DNA of 64,000 nt from Camelus ferus (taxonomy: Eukaryota), in assembly GCF_009834535.1 (NCBI RefSeq), contig NC_045697.1:119352001-119416000 (forward strand), read 5' to 3'. The position numbers were made by a program, and so were the translations under genes. The notes beneath the pieces were generated by a model that saw nothing but the letters and a program-made list of their open reading frames with translations, was not told the DNA's origin and did not search any database. Below are positions 40,790-54,300 of this stretch, piece by piece (position 1 is the first letter of the stretch; each line of letters opens with the position of its first letter).

Positions 40790-43700
40790 ACTAAGAAACA
40801 GACTGAGAACCCAGAGTAAATGTTTCTCTTGTAACCCATTCCCATTGTGCTAGATGAACGAAAGACTCTCCACATGTTCAGTTCTGAGAGACAAGTGTGT
40901 GTGAAATCCGTCCTTCACCTAGCTTGCTGGGAATACAAAGTTTCTTTTCAGGTGCAAATTCCACTCCATAAATATATAAGGGTAGGAAAAATTTCCATCT
41001 CGGTTTTACAGTGAAAACTGCAGGAACTTCAAACCGGCACTAGTAAACAGACTGTGAAACCAGAGTAATAGTTTCTCCTGCAACACGTTCCGCTGTGCTA
41101 GATGAAAGATCATATCTCCACATGTTCTGTTCTGAGACTTAAGTGTGTGTTAAAGCCGTTCTTCACATAGCTTGTTGGGAACACAAAGATTCATTTCAAT
41201 TGCAAACTCCATTCCATAATTATATGTGGGGAGGTACTAGTTCCAACTCGGTTTTACTGTGAAAACTGTCGGAACTTCAAAAAAGCATTAGGAAACAAAC
41301 AGATAAACCAGAGTAAAAGTTTCTCGTGCAACCCGTTCAAATTGTGCTAGATGAACGAACGACTCTCCACATGTTCAGTTCTGAGAGATATGTGTGTGTG
41401 AAAGCCGTCATTCACCTAGCTTGTTGGGAAGACAAAGTTTATTTTCAGTTGCAATCTCCAATCCATACATATATATGGTGAGATAATAGCTCCAAATCCG
41501 TTTTACAGTGAAAACTGCAGGAACTTCAAACCGGCACTAGGAAACAGACTGAGAAACCAGAGTAAAACTTTCTCCTGCAACCCGTTCCATTTGTGCTAGA
41601 TGAACGAACGTATCTCCACATGCTCAGTTCTGAGACATAATTGTGTGTGAATGCCGTACTTCAAATAGCTTGTTGGGAACACATAGTTTCTTTTTAGTTG
41701 CAATCTCCACTCCATAGAAATTTATTGGGAGGTACTAGCTCCAAATATGTTTTACTGTGAAAATTGCAGGAAATTCAAACCGGCAATAGGAAACTGTCAG
41801 AGAAACCAGAGAAAATGTTTCTCCTGCCACCCTTTCCATTTGTGCTAGATGAACGAAAGTCTCTCCACATGCTCAGATTTGAGAGATAAGTGTGTGTGAA
41901 AGCCGTCCTTCAACTAGCTTGTTGGGAACACAAAGTTTCTTTTCAGATGCTCAATCCATTCCACACATATATATGGGGAGGTACAAGCTCCAACTCGGAT
42001 TTACCATGAAAACTGCAGGAACTTGAAACCGGCAGTAGGAAACAGACTGAGGAACCATAGAAAATGTTTCCACTGCAACCCGTTCCCTTGGTGCTAGATG
42101 AACGAACGACTCTCCACATGCTCACTTCAGAAAGATAAGTGTGTGTGAAAGCCGTCCTTCACATAGCTTTTTGGGAACACAAAGTTACTTTCAGGTGCAA
42201 ACCACAATCCATACATATATATGGGGAAATACTAGACGAAACTCCGTTTTACAGTGAAAACTGCAGGAACTTCAAACCGGCACTAGGAAATATACTGAGA
42301 AATCAGAGAAAAATTTTCTCCAGCAACACGTTCCCTTTATGGTAGATGAAAGAAAGTCTCTCCACATGCTCAGTACTAAGGAATAAGTGTGTGTGAAAGA
42401 CGAACTTCACCTGGCTTATTTGGAAAACAAAGATTCTTTTAAGTTTCAAACTCCACTCCATACATATATATAGGTAGGTACAAGCTCCAACTCTGTTTTA
42501 CAGTGAAAACTGCAAGAACTTCAAAATGGCACTAGGAAACAGACTGAGAATGCAGAGTAAAAGCTTCTCCGGCAACCCGTTCCCTTTGTGCTAGATGAAT
42601 GAACGTCTGTCCACATGCTCATTTCTGAGAGGTAATTCTTTTTTAAAGCCGTACTTCACCTAGCTTGTAGGGAACACAAAGTTTGTTTTCAGTTGCAAAC
42701 TCCACTCGATACATATATATGTGCAGGTACTAGCTCCAACTCGGTTTTACAGTGAAAACTGCAGGAACTTCAAACTGGTAGTACGAAACAGACTGAGAGA
42801 CCAGAGTAAAAGTTTCCCCTGCTAACCGTTCCCTTGGTGCTAGATGAACGAAGGTCTTCTTCATGCTCAGTTTTGAGAGATAAATGTGTGCGAAAGCCGT
42901 CCTTCACCTAGCTTGTTGGGAACACAAAGTTTCTTTTCATTTGCCAAGTCAACTCCATACATATATATGGGGAGGTACTACCTCCAACTCGGTTTTACAG
43001 TGAAAATTGTAGGAACTTCAAACCGGCACTAGGAAACAGCCTGAGAAATCAGAGTAAAAGTTTCTCCTGCAACCCATTCCCTTGGTGCTATATGAAACAA
43101 CGTCTGTCCACATGCTCAGATCTGAGAGATAAGTGTGTGTGAAAGCCATCCTTCACGCTGCTTTTTGGGAACACAAAGTTTCTTTTCAGTTGCCAACACC
43201 ACTCCATACATATATATGGGGAAGTACTAGCTCCACACGGGTTTACAGTGAAAACTGCAGGAAATTCAAACCGGCACTAGGAAGCAGACTGAGAAACCAG
43301 AGTAAAAATTTCTCCTGCAAACCGTTTCCTTGGTGCTAAATGAACGAAAGCCTCTCCCATTGCTCAGATCTGAGAGATAAGTGTGTGTGAAAGCCGAACT
43401 TCACCTAGTTTGTTGGGAACACAAAGTTCCTTTTCAGGTGCAAACTCCAATCCCTACATATATATGGTGAGGTACTAACTCCAAATCGGTTTTACAGTGA
43501 AAACTGCAGGAACATCAATCCGGCACTACGAAACAAACTGAGAAACCAGAGTAAAAGATTCTCCTGCAAACAGTTCCATTTTCGCTAGATGAATGAAAGT
43601 CTCTCGACATGCTCAGTTTTGAGAGATAAGTGTTTGTGAAAGCCGTGCTTCACCTAGCTTCTTGGGAACACAAAGTTTCTTTTCAGGTGCAAATAAATCT

Positions 43701-46700
43701 CCATAAATTTATATGGGGTGGTACTAGTTCCAACTCTGTTTTACAGTGAAAAATGCAGGAACTTCAAACCGGCAGTAGGAAAAATACTGAGAAACCAGAG
43801 GAATAGTTTCTCCTGCGACCCGTTCCCTTGGTGCTAGATGAACGAACGTCTCTCCTCATGCTCAGTTCTGAGAGATAAGTGTGTGTGAAAGCCGTACTTC
43901 AACTACCTTCTTGGGAACACGAAGTTTCTTTTAACTTGCAAACTCCATTCCATACATATATATGGGGATGTATGAGCTCCAACTCGATTTTACAGTGAAA
44001 ACTGCAGGAACTTCAAACAGGCACTTGGAAACAGACTGAGAAACCAGAGAAAAATTTCTCCTGAAAAACCGTTCTCTTTGTGGAAGATGAACGAACGTCT
44101 CTCCACATGCTCAGTTCTGAGAGTTAATTGTTTTTTAAAGCCGTCCTTCACCTAGCTTGTTCGGAATTCAAAGTTTTATTCAGGTGCAAATTCCACTCCA
44201 TACATATATATGGGAGGTACAAGCTCCAACACGGTTTTACAATAAAAAGTGCAGGAACTTAAAAACGGCACTAGGAAATATACTGAGAAACCAGAGGAAT
44301 AGTTTCTCCTGCGACCCGTTCCCTTGGTGCTAGATGAACGAACGTCTCAACACATGTGCAGTTCTGAGAAATAATTGTGTTGAAAGACGTCCTTCACAAA
44401 GCTAGTTGGGAAGACAAAGTTTCTTTTCAGTTGTAATCTCCACTCCATACATATACAAGGGGAGGCACAAGTTCCAACTCTGTTTTAAAGTGAAAACTGC
44501 GGGAACTTCAAAACGGCACTAGTAAACAGACTGTGATACCAGAGTAAAATTTTCTCCTGCAACACATGCATTGCGCTACATGAAAGGACGTATCTCCTCA
44601 TGCTCTGTTCTGAGAGATAAGTGTGTGTGAAAGCCTACCTTCAACTAGCTTTTTGGCATGACAAAGTATCTTTTCAGGTGGCATATTCCACTCCATATAT
44701 ATATATGTGGAGGTACAAGCTCCAACTCGGTTTTACAGTGAATACTTCAGGAAATTCAAACCGGCATTAAGAAACAGATTGAGAAACCAGAGTAAAAGTT
44801 TATCCTGCAACCATTTCCATTTTACTAGATGAACGAACGTCTCTCCACATGTCCAGTTTCTGAGAGATATGTGTGTGTGAAAGCCGTCCTTCACCTAGCT
44901 TGTTGGGAACACAATGTTTTTTTTCAGGTGCAAACTCCACTCCATACATATATATCGGGAGGTACTAGCTCCAACTTGGTTTTACAGTGAAAACTACAGG
45001 AACTTCAAACCGGCACTAAGAAACAGACTGAGAACCCAGAGTAAATGTTTCTCTTGCAACCCATTCCCATTGTGCTAGATGAACGAACTACTCTCAACAT
45101 GCTCAGTTCTGAGAGACAAGTGTGTGTGAAATCCGTCCTTCACCTAGCTTGTTGGGAATTCAAAGTTTCTTTTCAGGTGCAAATTCCACTCCATAAATAT
45201 ATAAGGGTAGGAAAAATTTCCATCTCGGTTTTACAGTGAAAACTGCAGGAACTTCAAACCGGCACTAGTAAACATACTGTGAAACCAGAGTAAAGTTTCT
45301 CCTGCAACACGTTCCATTGTGCTGGATGAAAGATCATATCTCCACATGTTCTGTTTTGAGAGTTAAGTGTGTGTTAAAGCCGTTCTTCCCATAGCTTGTT
45401 GGGAACACAAAGATTCATTTCAGTTTCAAACTCCATTCCATAACTATATGTGGGGAGGTAATAGCTCCAACTCGTTTTAACTGTGAAAACTGTAGGAACT
45501 TCAAAAAAGCATTAGGAAACAAACAGATAAACCAGAGTAAAAGTTTCTCGTGCAACCCGTTCAAATTGTGCTAGATGAACGAACGACTCTCCACATGCTC
45601 TGTTCTGAGAGATAAGTGTGTGTGAAAGCCGTCATTCACCTAGCTTGATGGGAAGACAAAGTTTATTTTCAGTTGCAATCTCCACTCCATACATATATAT
45701 GGTGAGATAATAGCTCCAAATCCGTTTTACAGTGAAAACTGCAGGAACTTCAAACCGGCACTAGGAAACAGACTGAGAAACCAGAATAAAAGTTTCTCCT
45801 GCAACCCGTTCCATTTGTGCTAGATGAACGAACGTATCTCCACATGCTCAGTTCTGAGACATAATTGTGTGTGAATGCCGTCCTTCACATACCTTGTTGG
45901 GAACACATAGTTTCTTTTTAGTTGCAATCTCCACTCCATAGTAATATATGGGGAGGTACTAGCTCCAACTCTTTTTTACTGTGAAAATTGCAGGAAATTC
46001 AAACCGGCAATAGGAAACTGTCAGAGAAACCAGAGTAAATGTTTCTCCTGCCACCTGTTCCATTTGTGCTAGATGAACGAAAGTCTCTCCACATGCTCAG
46101 ATCTGAGAGATAAATGTGTGTGAAAGCCGTCCTTCAACTAGCTTGTTGGGAACACAAAGTTTCTTTTCAGATGCACAATCCATTCCATACATATATATGG
46201 GGAGGTACAAGCTCCAACTCGTTTTTACCATGAAAACTGCAGGAACTTCAAACCGGCAGTAGGAAACAGACTGAGGAACCATAGTAAATGTTTCCACTGC
46301 AACCCGTTCCCTTGGTGCTAGATGAACGAACGTCTCTCCACATGCTCACTTCAGAGAGATAAGTGTGTGTGAAAGCCGTACTTCACATAGCTTTTACGGA
46401 ACACAAAGTTACTTTCAGGTGCAAACCACACTCCATATATATATATGGGGAAATACTAGTCGAAACTCCATTTTACAGTGAAAACTGCAGGAACTTCAAA
46501 CCGGCACTAGGAAATATACTGAGAATCCAGAGAAAAATTTTCTCCAGCAACACGTTCCCTTTATGGCAGATGAAAGAAAGTCTCTCCACATGCTCAGTAC
46601 TGAGGGATAAGTGAGTGTGAAAGCCGCACTTCACCTGGCTTATTTGGAAAACAAAGATTCTTTTAAGTTTCAAATTCCACTCCATACATATATATAGGTA

Positions 46701-48240
46701 GGTACAAGCTCCAACTCTGTTTTACAGTGAAAACTGCAAGAACTTCAAAATGGCACTAGGAAACAGACTGAGAATGCAGAGTAAAAGCTTCTCCGGCAAC
46801 CCGTTCCCTTTGTGCTAGATGAATGAACGTCTATCCACATGCTCATTTCTGAGAGGTATGTCTTTGTTAAAGCCGTACTTCACCTAGATTGTAGGGAACA
46901 CAAAGTTTGTTTTCAGTTGCAAACTCCACTCCATACATATATATGGGGAAGTACCAGCTCCAACTCGGTTTTACAGTGAAAACTGCAGGAACTTCAGACT
47001 GGTAGTAGGAAACAGACTGAGAGACCAGAGTAAAAGTTTCCCCTGCTAACTGTTCCCTTGGTGCTAAATGAACGAAAGCCTCTCCCATTGCTCAGATCTG
47101 AGAGATAAGTGTGTGTGAAAGCCGAACTTCACCTAGTTTGTTGGGAACACAAAGTTCCTTTTCAGGTGCAAACTCCACTCCATACATATATATGGTGAGG
47201 TACTAACTCCAACTCGATTTTACAGTGAAAACTGCAGGAACATCAAACCGGCACTAGGAAACAAACTGAGAAACCAGAATAAAAGATTCTCCTGCAAACA
47301 GTTCCATTTTCGCTAGATGAATGAAAGTCTCACGACATGCTCAGTTTTGAGAGATAAGTGTTTGTGAAAGCCGTGCTTCACCTAGCATCTTGGGAACACA
47401 AAGTTTCTTTTCAGGTGCAAACTCCACTCAATACATATATATGGGGAGGTACTGGCTCCAACTCTGTTTTTCAGTGAAAAATGCAGGAACTTCAAACCGG
47501 CACTAGGAAAAATACTGAGAAACCAGAGGAATAGTTTCTCCTGCGACCCGTTCCCTTGGTGCTTGATGAACGAACATCTCAACACATGTGCAGTTCTGAG
47601 AAATAATTGTGTTGGAAGACGTCCTTCACAAAGCTAGTTTTGAAGACAAAGTTTCTTTTCAGTTGTAATCTCCACTCCATACATATACAAGGGGAGGTAC
47701 AAGTTCTAACTCTGTTTTAAAGTGAAAACTGCGGGAACTTCAAAACGGCACTAGTAAACAGACTTTGATACCAGAGTAAAATTTTCTCCTGCAACACGTT
47801 CCATTGCGCTACATGAAAGGACATATCTCCACATGCTCTGTTCTGAGAGATAAGTGTGTGTGAAAGCCTACATTCACCTAGCTTGTTGGCATGACAAAGT
47901 ATCTTTTCAGGTGCATATTCCACTCCATATATATATATGTGGAGGTACAAGCTCCAACTCGGTTTTACAGTGAATATGCAGGAACTTCAAACCGGCATTA
48001 AGAAACAGATTGAGAAACCAGAGTAAAAGTTTATCCTGCAACCAGTTCCATTTTTACTAGATGAACGAACGTCTCTGCACATGCCCAGTTCTGAGAGATA
48101 TGTGTGTGTGAAAGCCGTCCTTCAACTAGCTTGTTGGGAACACAATGTTTTTTTTCAGGTGCAAACTCCACTTCATACATATATATCGGGAGGTACTAGC
48201 TCCAACTTGGTTTTACAGTGAAAACTACAGGAACTTCAAA
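40790..48240 (+). repeat. Diverged multimer pair: 17-mer (~40790-45015) followed by a 13-mer version of it (~45015-48240)
   Basis: Paralog offset is 4224 (ORFs 42139/46363; CTAAGAAACAGACTGAGAACCC at ~40791 and 45016). It falls to ~3730 after 47060 and to ~3230 after ~47500. Confidence 0.85.
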
Positions 48241-51200
48241 ACGGCATTTGGAAACAGACTGAGAATCCAGAGTAAAAGTTTCTCCTGCATACCTTTCCTT
48301 TTGTGCTAGATGAACGAACGTCTCTCCACATGCTCAGTTCTGAGATATAAGTGTGTGTGAAAGCCGTACTTCACATAGCTTGTTGGGAAGACAAAATTCT
48401 TTTCAGTTGCAAAAACCTCTCCATACATATATAAGGGGTGGTCCTAGCTCCAACATGGTTTTACAGTGAAAACTACAGGAACTTCAAACCGGAACTAGGA
48501 AACACACTGAGAAATCAGAGTAAAATTTTCTCATGCAACCCGTTCCTTTTGTGCTAGATGAACGAACGTCTCTCCACATGCTCAGTTCTAGAGATAAATG
48601 TGTGTGAAAGCCTTCCTTCATCTAGCTTGTTGGGAACACAAAGTTTCTTTTAGGTTGCATATTCCAATCCATATATATATATGGGGAGGTACAAGCTCCA
48701 ACTCGGTTTTACAGTGAAAACTACAGGAACTTCAAACCGGCATTTGGAAACAATCTGAGAAACCAGAGTAAAAGTTTCTCCTGCATACCATTCCTTTGTG
48801 CTAGATGAACGAACGTCTCTCCACATGCTCAGATCTGATATATAAGTGTGTGTGAAAGCCGTCTTTCACCTAGCTTCTTGGGAACACAAAAATTTTTTAC
48901 AGGTGCAAAAACCACTCCATACATATATATGGGGAGTTACTAGCTCCAAATATGTTTTACAGTGAAAACTGCAGGAACTTCAAACCGGCACTAGGAAACA
49001 GACTGAGAAACCAGAGTAAAAGTTTCTCCTGCAACCGGTTCCATTTGTGCTGGATGAACGAAAGTCTCTCCACATGCTCAGATTTGAGAGATAAATGTGT
49101 GTGAATGCCGTCCTTCACATAGCTTGTTAGGAACACAGTTTCTTTTTGTTGCAATCTCCACTCCATAGAAATATATGGGGAGGTACTAGCTCCAACTCTG
49201 TTTTACTGTGAAAATTGCAGGAAATTCAAACCGGCAATAGGAAACTGTCAGAGAAACCAGAGTAAATGTTTATACTGCCACCCGTTCCATTTGTGCTAGA
49301 TGAACGAAAGTCTCTCCACATGCTCAGATTTGAGAGATAAATGTGTGTGAAAGCCGTCCTTCAACTACCTTGTTGGGAACACAAAGTTTCTTTTAAGTTG
49401 CAAACTCCACTCTATACATATATATGGTGAGATACTAGCCCCAAATCGTGTTTACAGTGAAAACTGCGGAAATTTCAAACCGGCACTAGGAAACAGGCTT
49501 AGATAGCAGAGTAAAATTTTCTCCTGCAACATATTCTCTTTGTGCTAGATGAACGTACGTCTCTCCACATGCTCAGTTCTGAGAGATATGTGTGTGTGAA
49601 AACCGTCCTTCACATAGCTTGTTGGGAACACAAAGTTTCTTTTCATTTGCCAACTCAACCCCATACATATATATGGGGAGGTATAAACCTCCAACTCTGT
49701 TTTACAGTGAAAACTGCAGGAACTTCAAAAAGGCACTAGGAAACAGCCTGAGAAATCAGAGTAAAATTTCTCCTTCCACCCGATCCCTTGCTGCTAGATG
49801 AATGAACGTCTCTCCAAATGCTAAGTTTTGAGAGATAATTGTGTGTGAAAGCCATCCTTCAACTAGCTTGTTTGGAACACTAAGTTCCTTTTCAGTTGCA
49901 AACTCCACTCTATACATTTATATGGGGAGGTACTAGCCCCATCTCGGTTTTACAGTGAAAACTACAGGGAATTCAAACCGGCACTAGGAAACAGACTGAG
50001 AAACCAGAGATAAATTCCCCTGCAAAACGTTCCCTTTGTGCTAGATGAACGAAAGTCTGTCCACATGCTCATTTCTGAGAGATAAGTGTGTGTGAAAGCC
50101 GTCCTTCACATAGCTTGTTGGGAAGACAAATTTCTTTTCAGTTGAAAACTCCACTCCCTACATATATAAGGGTTGGTCTTAGCACCAACACGGTTTTACA
50201 GTGAAAACTACAGGAACTTCAAACCGGAACTAGGAAACAGATTGAGAAACCAGAGTAAAAGTTTATCCTGCAAACAGTTCCATTTGTACCAAATGAACGA
50301 ACGCCTCTCCACATGCTCAGTTCTGAAATATATGTGTATGTGAAAGCCGTCTTTCACCTAGCTTCTTGGGAACACAAAGTTTTTTTACAGGTGCAAACAC
50401 CACTCCATATATATATATGGGGAGGTACTAGCTCCAACTCGGTTTTACAGTGAAAACTGAAGGAACTTCAAACCGGCACTAGGAAACACACTGAGAAACC
50501 AGAGTAAAGTTTCTCCTGCAAACCGTTCCTTTGGTGCTAAATGAACTAACGTCTCTCCACATGCTCAAATCTGAGAGATAAGTGTGTGTGAAAGCCTTAC
50601 TTCACCAGCTTGTTGGGAAGACAAAGTTCCTTTTCAGGTGCAAACTCCACTCCATACATATATATGGTTAGGAAATAACTCCAACTCTTTTTTACAGTGA
50701 AAAATGCAGGAACATCAAACCAGCACTAGGAAACAAACTGAGAAAAGAGAGTAAAATTTTCTTATGCAAACCGTTCCATTTGTGCTAGATGAATGAACGT
50801 CTCTCGAAATGCTCAGATCTGAGATATAATTGTTTGTGAAAGCAGGGCTTCATCTAGCTTCTTGGGAACACAAAGTTTCTTTTCAGGTGCAAACACCAAT
50901 CCATAAATTTATATGGGGATGTACTAGCTCCAACTCGGTTTTACACTGAAAATTGCAGGAATTTCAAACCGGCACTAGGAACCAGACTAAGAAACCAGAG
51001 TAAAAATTCTCCTGCAAAATTTTCCCTTTGTGCTAGATGAACCAAAGTCTCTCCACATGCCCATTTCTGAGAGATAAGTGTGTGTGAAAGCCGTCCTTGA
51101 AATAGCTTGTTGGTAAGACAAAATTCTTTTTAGTTGAAAACTCCACTTCATACATATATAAGGGGTGGTCCTAGCTCCAACATGGTTTTACAGTGAAAAC

Positions 51201-51385
51201 TACAGGATCTTCAAACCGGAACTAGGAAACAGACTGAGATTTCAGAGAAAAAGTTTCTCATGCAACCCGTTCCCTTTGTGATAGATGAACGAACGTCTCT
51301 CCACATGCTCAGTACTAGAGATAAATGTGTGTGAAAGCCGTCCTTCATCAAGCTTGCTGGGAACACAAACTTTCTTTTCAGTTGC
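48240..51385 (+). repeat. Diverged, largely monomeric transition zone
   Basis: Monomers are intact but no long near-identical block recurs. There are only isolated matches, e.g. GGCAATAGGAAACTGTCAGAG at ~49233 vs ~41782 and ~46006. Confidence 0.65.
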
Positions 51386-54300
51386 ATATTCCACTCCATA
51401 TATATATATGGGGAAGTACTAGCTCCAATTCGGTTTTAGACTGAAAACTGCAGGAACTTCAAACCGGAACTAGGAAACAGACTGAGAAATCAAAGTAAAA
51501 GTTTAACCTGCAACCAGTTCCATTTGTACTAGATGAACGAACGTCTATCCACATGCCCTGTACGGAAAGATATGTGTGTGTGAAAGCCGTCCTTCACCTA
51601 GCTTTTTGGGAACACAAAGTTTCTTTTCAGGTGCAAACTCCACTCCATACATATATAGGGAGGTAGAAGCTCCAACTCGGTTTTACAGAGAAAACTACAG
51701 GAACTTCAAACCAGCATTTGGAAACAGACTGAGAAACCAGAGTAAAAGTTTTTCCTGCATACCGTTCCTTTTGTGCTAGATGAAGGAACGTCTCCCCACA
51801 TGCTCAGTTCTGATATATAAGTGTGTGTGAAAGCCGTATTTTACCTTGCTTCTTGGGAACACAAAGATTTTTTACAGTTGCGAACACCACTCTATACATA
51901 TATATCGGGAGGGTACTAGCTCCAAATCTGTTTTACAGTGAAAACTGCAGGAACTTCAAACCGGTAGTAGGAAACAGACTGAGAAACCAGAGTAAAAATT
52001 TCCCCTGCTACCAGTTCCCTTGGTGCTAGATGAACGTACGTCTCTCCACATGCTCAGTTCTGAGAGATATGTGTGTGTGAAAGCCGCCCCTTCACCTTGC
52101 TTTTTGGGAACACAAAGATTCTTTTCAGTTGCCAACTCCACTCCATACATATATATGGGGAGGTACTATCTCCAACGCGGTTTTACAGTGAAAACTGCAG
52201 GAACTTCAAACCGGCACTTGGAAACAGACTGAGAAACCGGAGAAAAATTTCTCCTGCAACCCTTTCCCTTTGAGGTAGATGAACGAAAGTCTCTCCACAT
52301 GCTCAGTTCTGAGAGATAATTGTTTTTTAAAGCCGTTCTTCACCTAGCTTGTTGGGAACACAAAGTTTCTTTTCAGGTGCAAACACCACTCCATACATAT
52401 ATACGGGGAGGTACTATCTCCAACGCGGTTTTACAATGAAAACTGCAGGAACTTAAAAACGGCACTAGGAAACAGACTGAGAATCCACAATAAAAATTTT
52501 CTCCTGCAACCATTTCTCTTTGTGCTAGATGAACGAACGTATTTCCACATGCCCATTTCTGAGAGATAACTGTGTGTGAAAGCCGTCCTTCACTTAACTT
52601 GTTCGGAATACAAAGTTTTTTTCAGGTGAAAATTCCACTCCATACATATATATGGGGAGGTACTAGCTCCAACTCGGTTTTACAGTGAAAACTGCAGGAA
52701 ATTCAATCCAGCACTAGGATACAGACTGAAAAACGAGTGTAAAAATTCCCCTGAAAACGGTTCCGTTTGTGCTAGATGAACGAAAGTCTCTCCAAATGCT
52801 CATGTCTGAGAGATAAGTGTGTGTGAAAGCCATACTTCACCTAGCTTGTTGGGAACACAAATTTTCTTTTCAGTTGCCATCACCAATCCATTAATATATA
52901 TGGGGTGGTACTAGCTCCAACTTGGTTTTACAGTTAAAACTGCAGGAATTCATACCAGCACTAGGAAACAGACTGAGAATCCAGAGTAAAAGTTTCTCCT
53001 GCAAAATGTTCCATTGTGCTAGATGAATTAACGTCTCTCCACATGCTCAGTTCTTATAGATAGATGAGAGTGATAGCCAGTACTTCACCTAGCATGTTGG
53101 GAAGACAAATATTCTTTTCAGTTGCAAACTCCACTCCATACATATATAAGGGTTGGTCCTATCTCCAACACGGTTTTACAGTGAAAACTACAGGAACTTC
53201 AAACCAGAACTAGGAAAGAGACTGAGAAATCAGAGTAAAAGATACTCCTGCAACCCGTTCACTTTGTGCAAGATGAACGAACGTCTCTCCACATGCTCAG
53301 TTGTAGAGATAAATGGGTGTGAAATCCGTCCTTCAATTAGCTTGTTGGGAACACAAAGTTTCTCTTCAGTTGCATATTCCACTCCATATATATATATGGA
53401 GAGGTACTATCTCCAACTCCGTTTTACAGTGAATTCTGCAGGAACTTGAAACCGGCACTAGGAAACAGACTGAAAATCCACAATAGAAGTTTCTCCTGCA
53501 AACCAGTTCACATTTTGCTAGATGAACGAACGTCTCTCCACATGCCCATTTCTGAGATATAACTGTGTGTGAAATCCTTTCTTCACCTAGCTTATTGGGA
53601 ATACAAAGTTTCATTTCAGTTGCAAATTCCAGTCCATACATATATAAGGGTAGGAAAAATTTCTAACTCTATTTTACAGTGGAAACTGCAAGAACATCAA
53701 ACGGCACTAGTAAAAAGACTGTGAAGCCAGAGTAAAAGTTTATTCTGCAAAACGTTCCATTGTGCTAGATGTAAGAACGCCTCTCCACATGCTCTGTTCT
53801 TAGAGATAAGTGTGTGTGAAAGCCGCCCTTCAACTTGCTTGTTGGGAAGACAAAGTTTCTTTCAGTTGTAATCTCCACTCCTATACATATATAAGGGTAC
53901 GTACAAGTTCCAACTCGGTTTTAAAGTGAAAACTGCAGGAACTTCAAACGGCACTAGTAAACAGGCTGTGAAACCAGAGTAAAAGTTTCTCCTGCAACAC
54001 GTTCCATTGTGCTAGATGAAAGAACGTCACTCCACATGCTAGGTTCTGAGAGATAATTGCGTGTGAAAGCCGTCCTTCACGTAGCTTGTTGGGAACACTA
54101 AGTTTCTTTTCAGTTGCAAACTCCAATCCATACATATATATGGTGAGATACTAGCTTCAACTCTGTTTTACAGTGAAAACTGCAGGAACTTCAAACCGGC
54201 ACTAGGAAACAGACTGAGAATCCAGAGTAAAAGTTCCTCCTGCAACCCAATCCATTTGTGCTAGATGAACGAACGTCTCACCACATGCTCAGTTCTGAGA

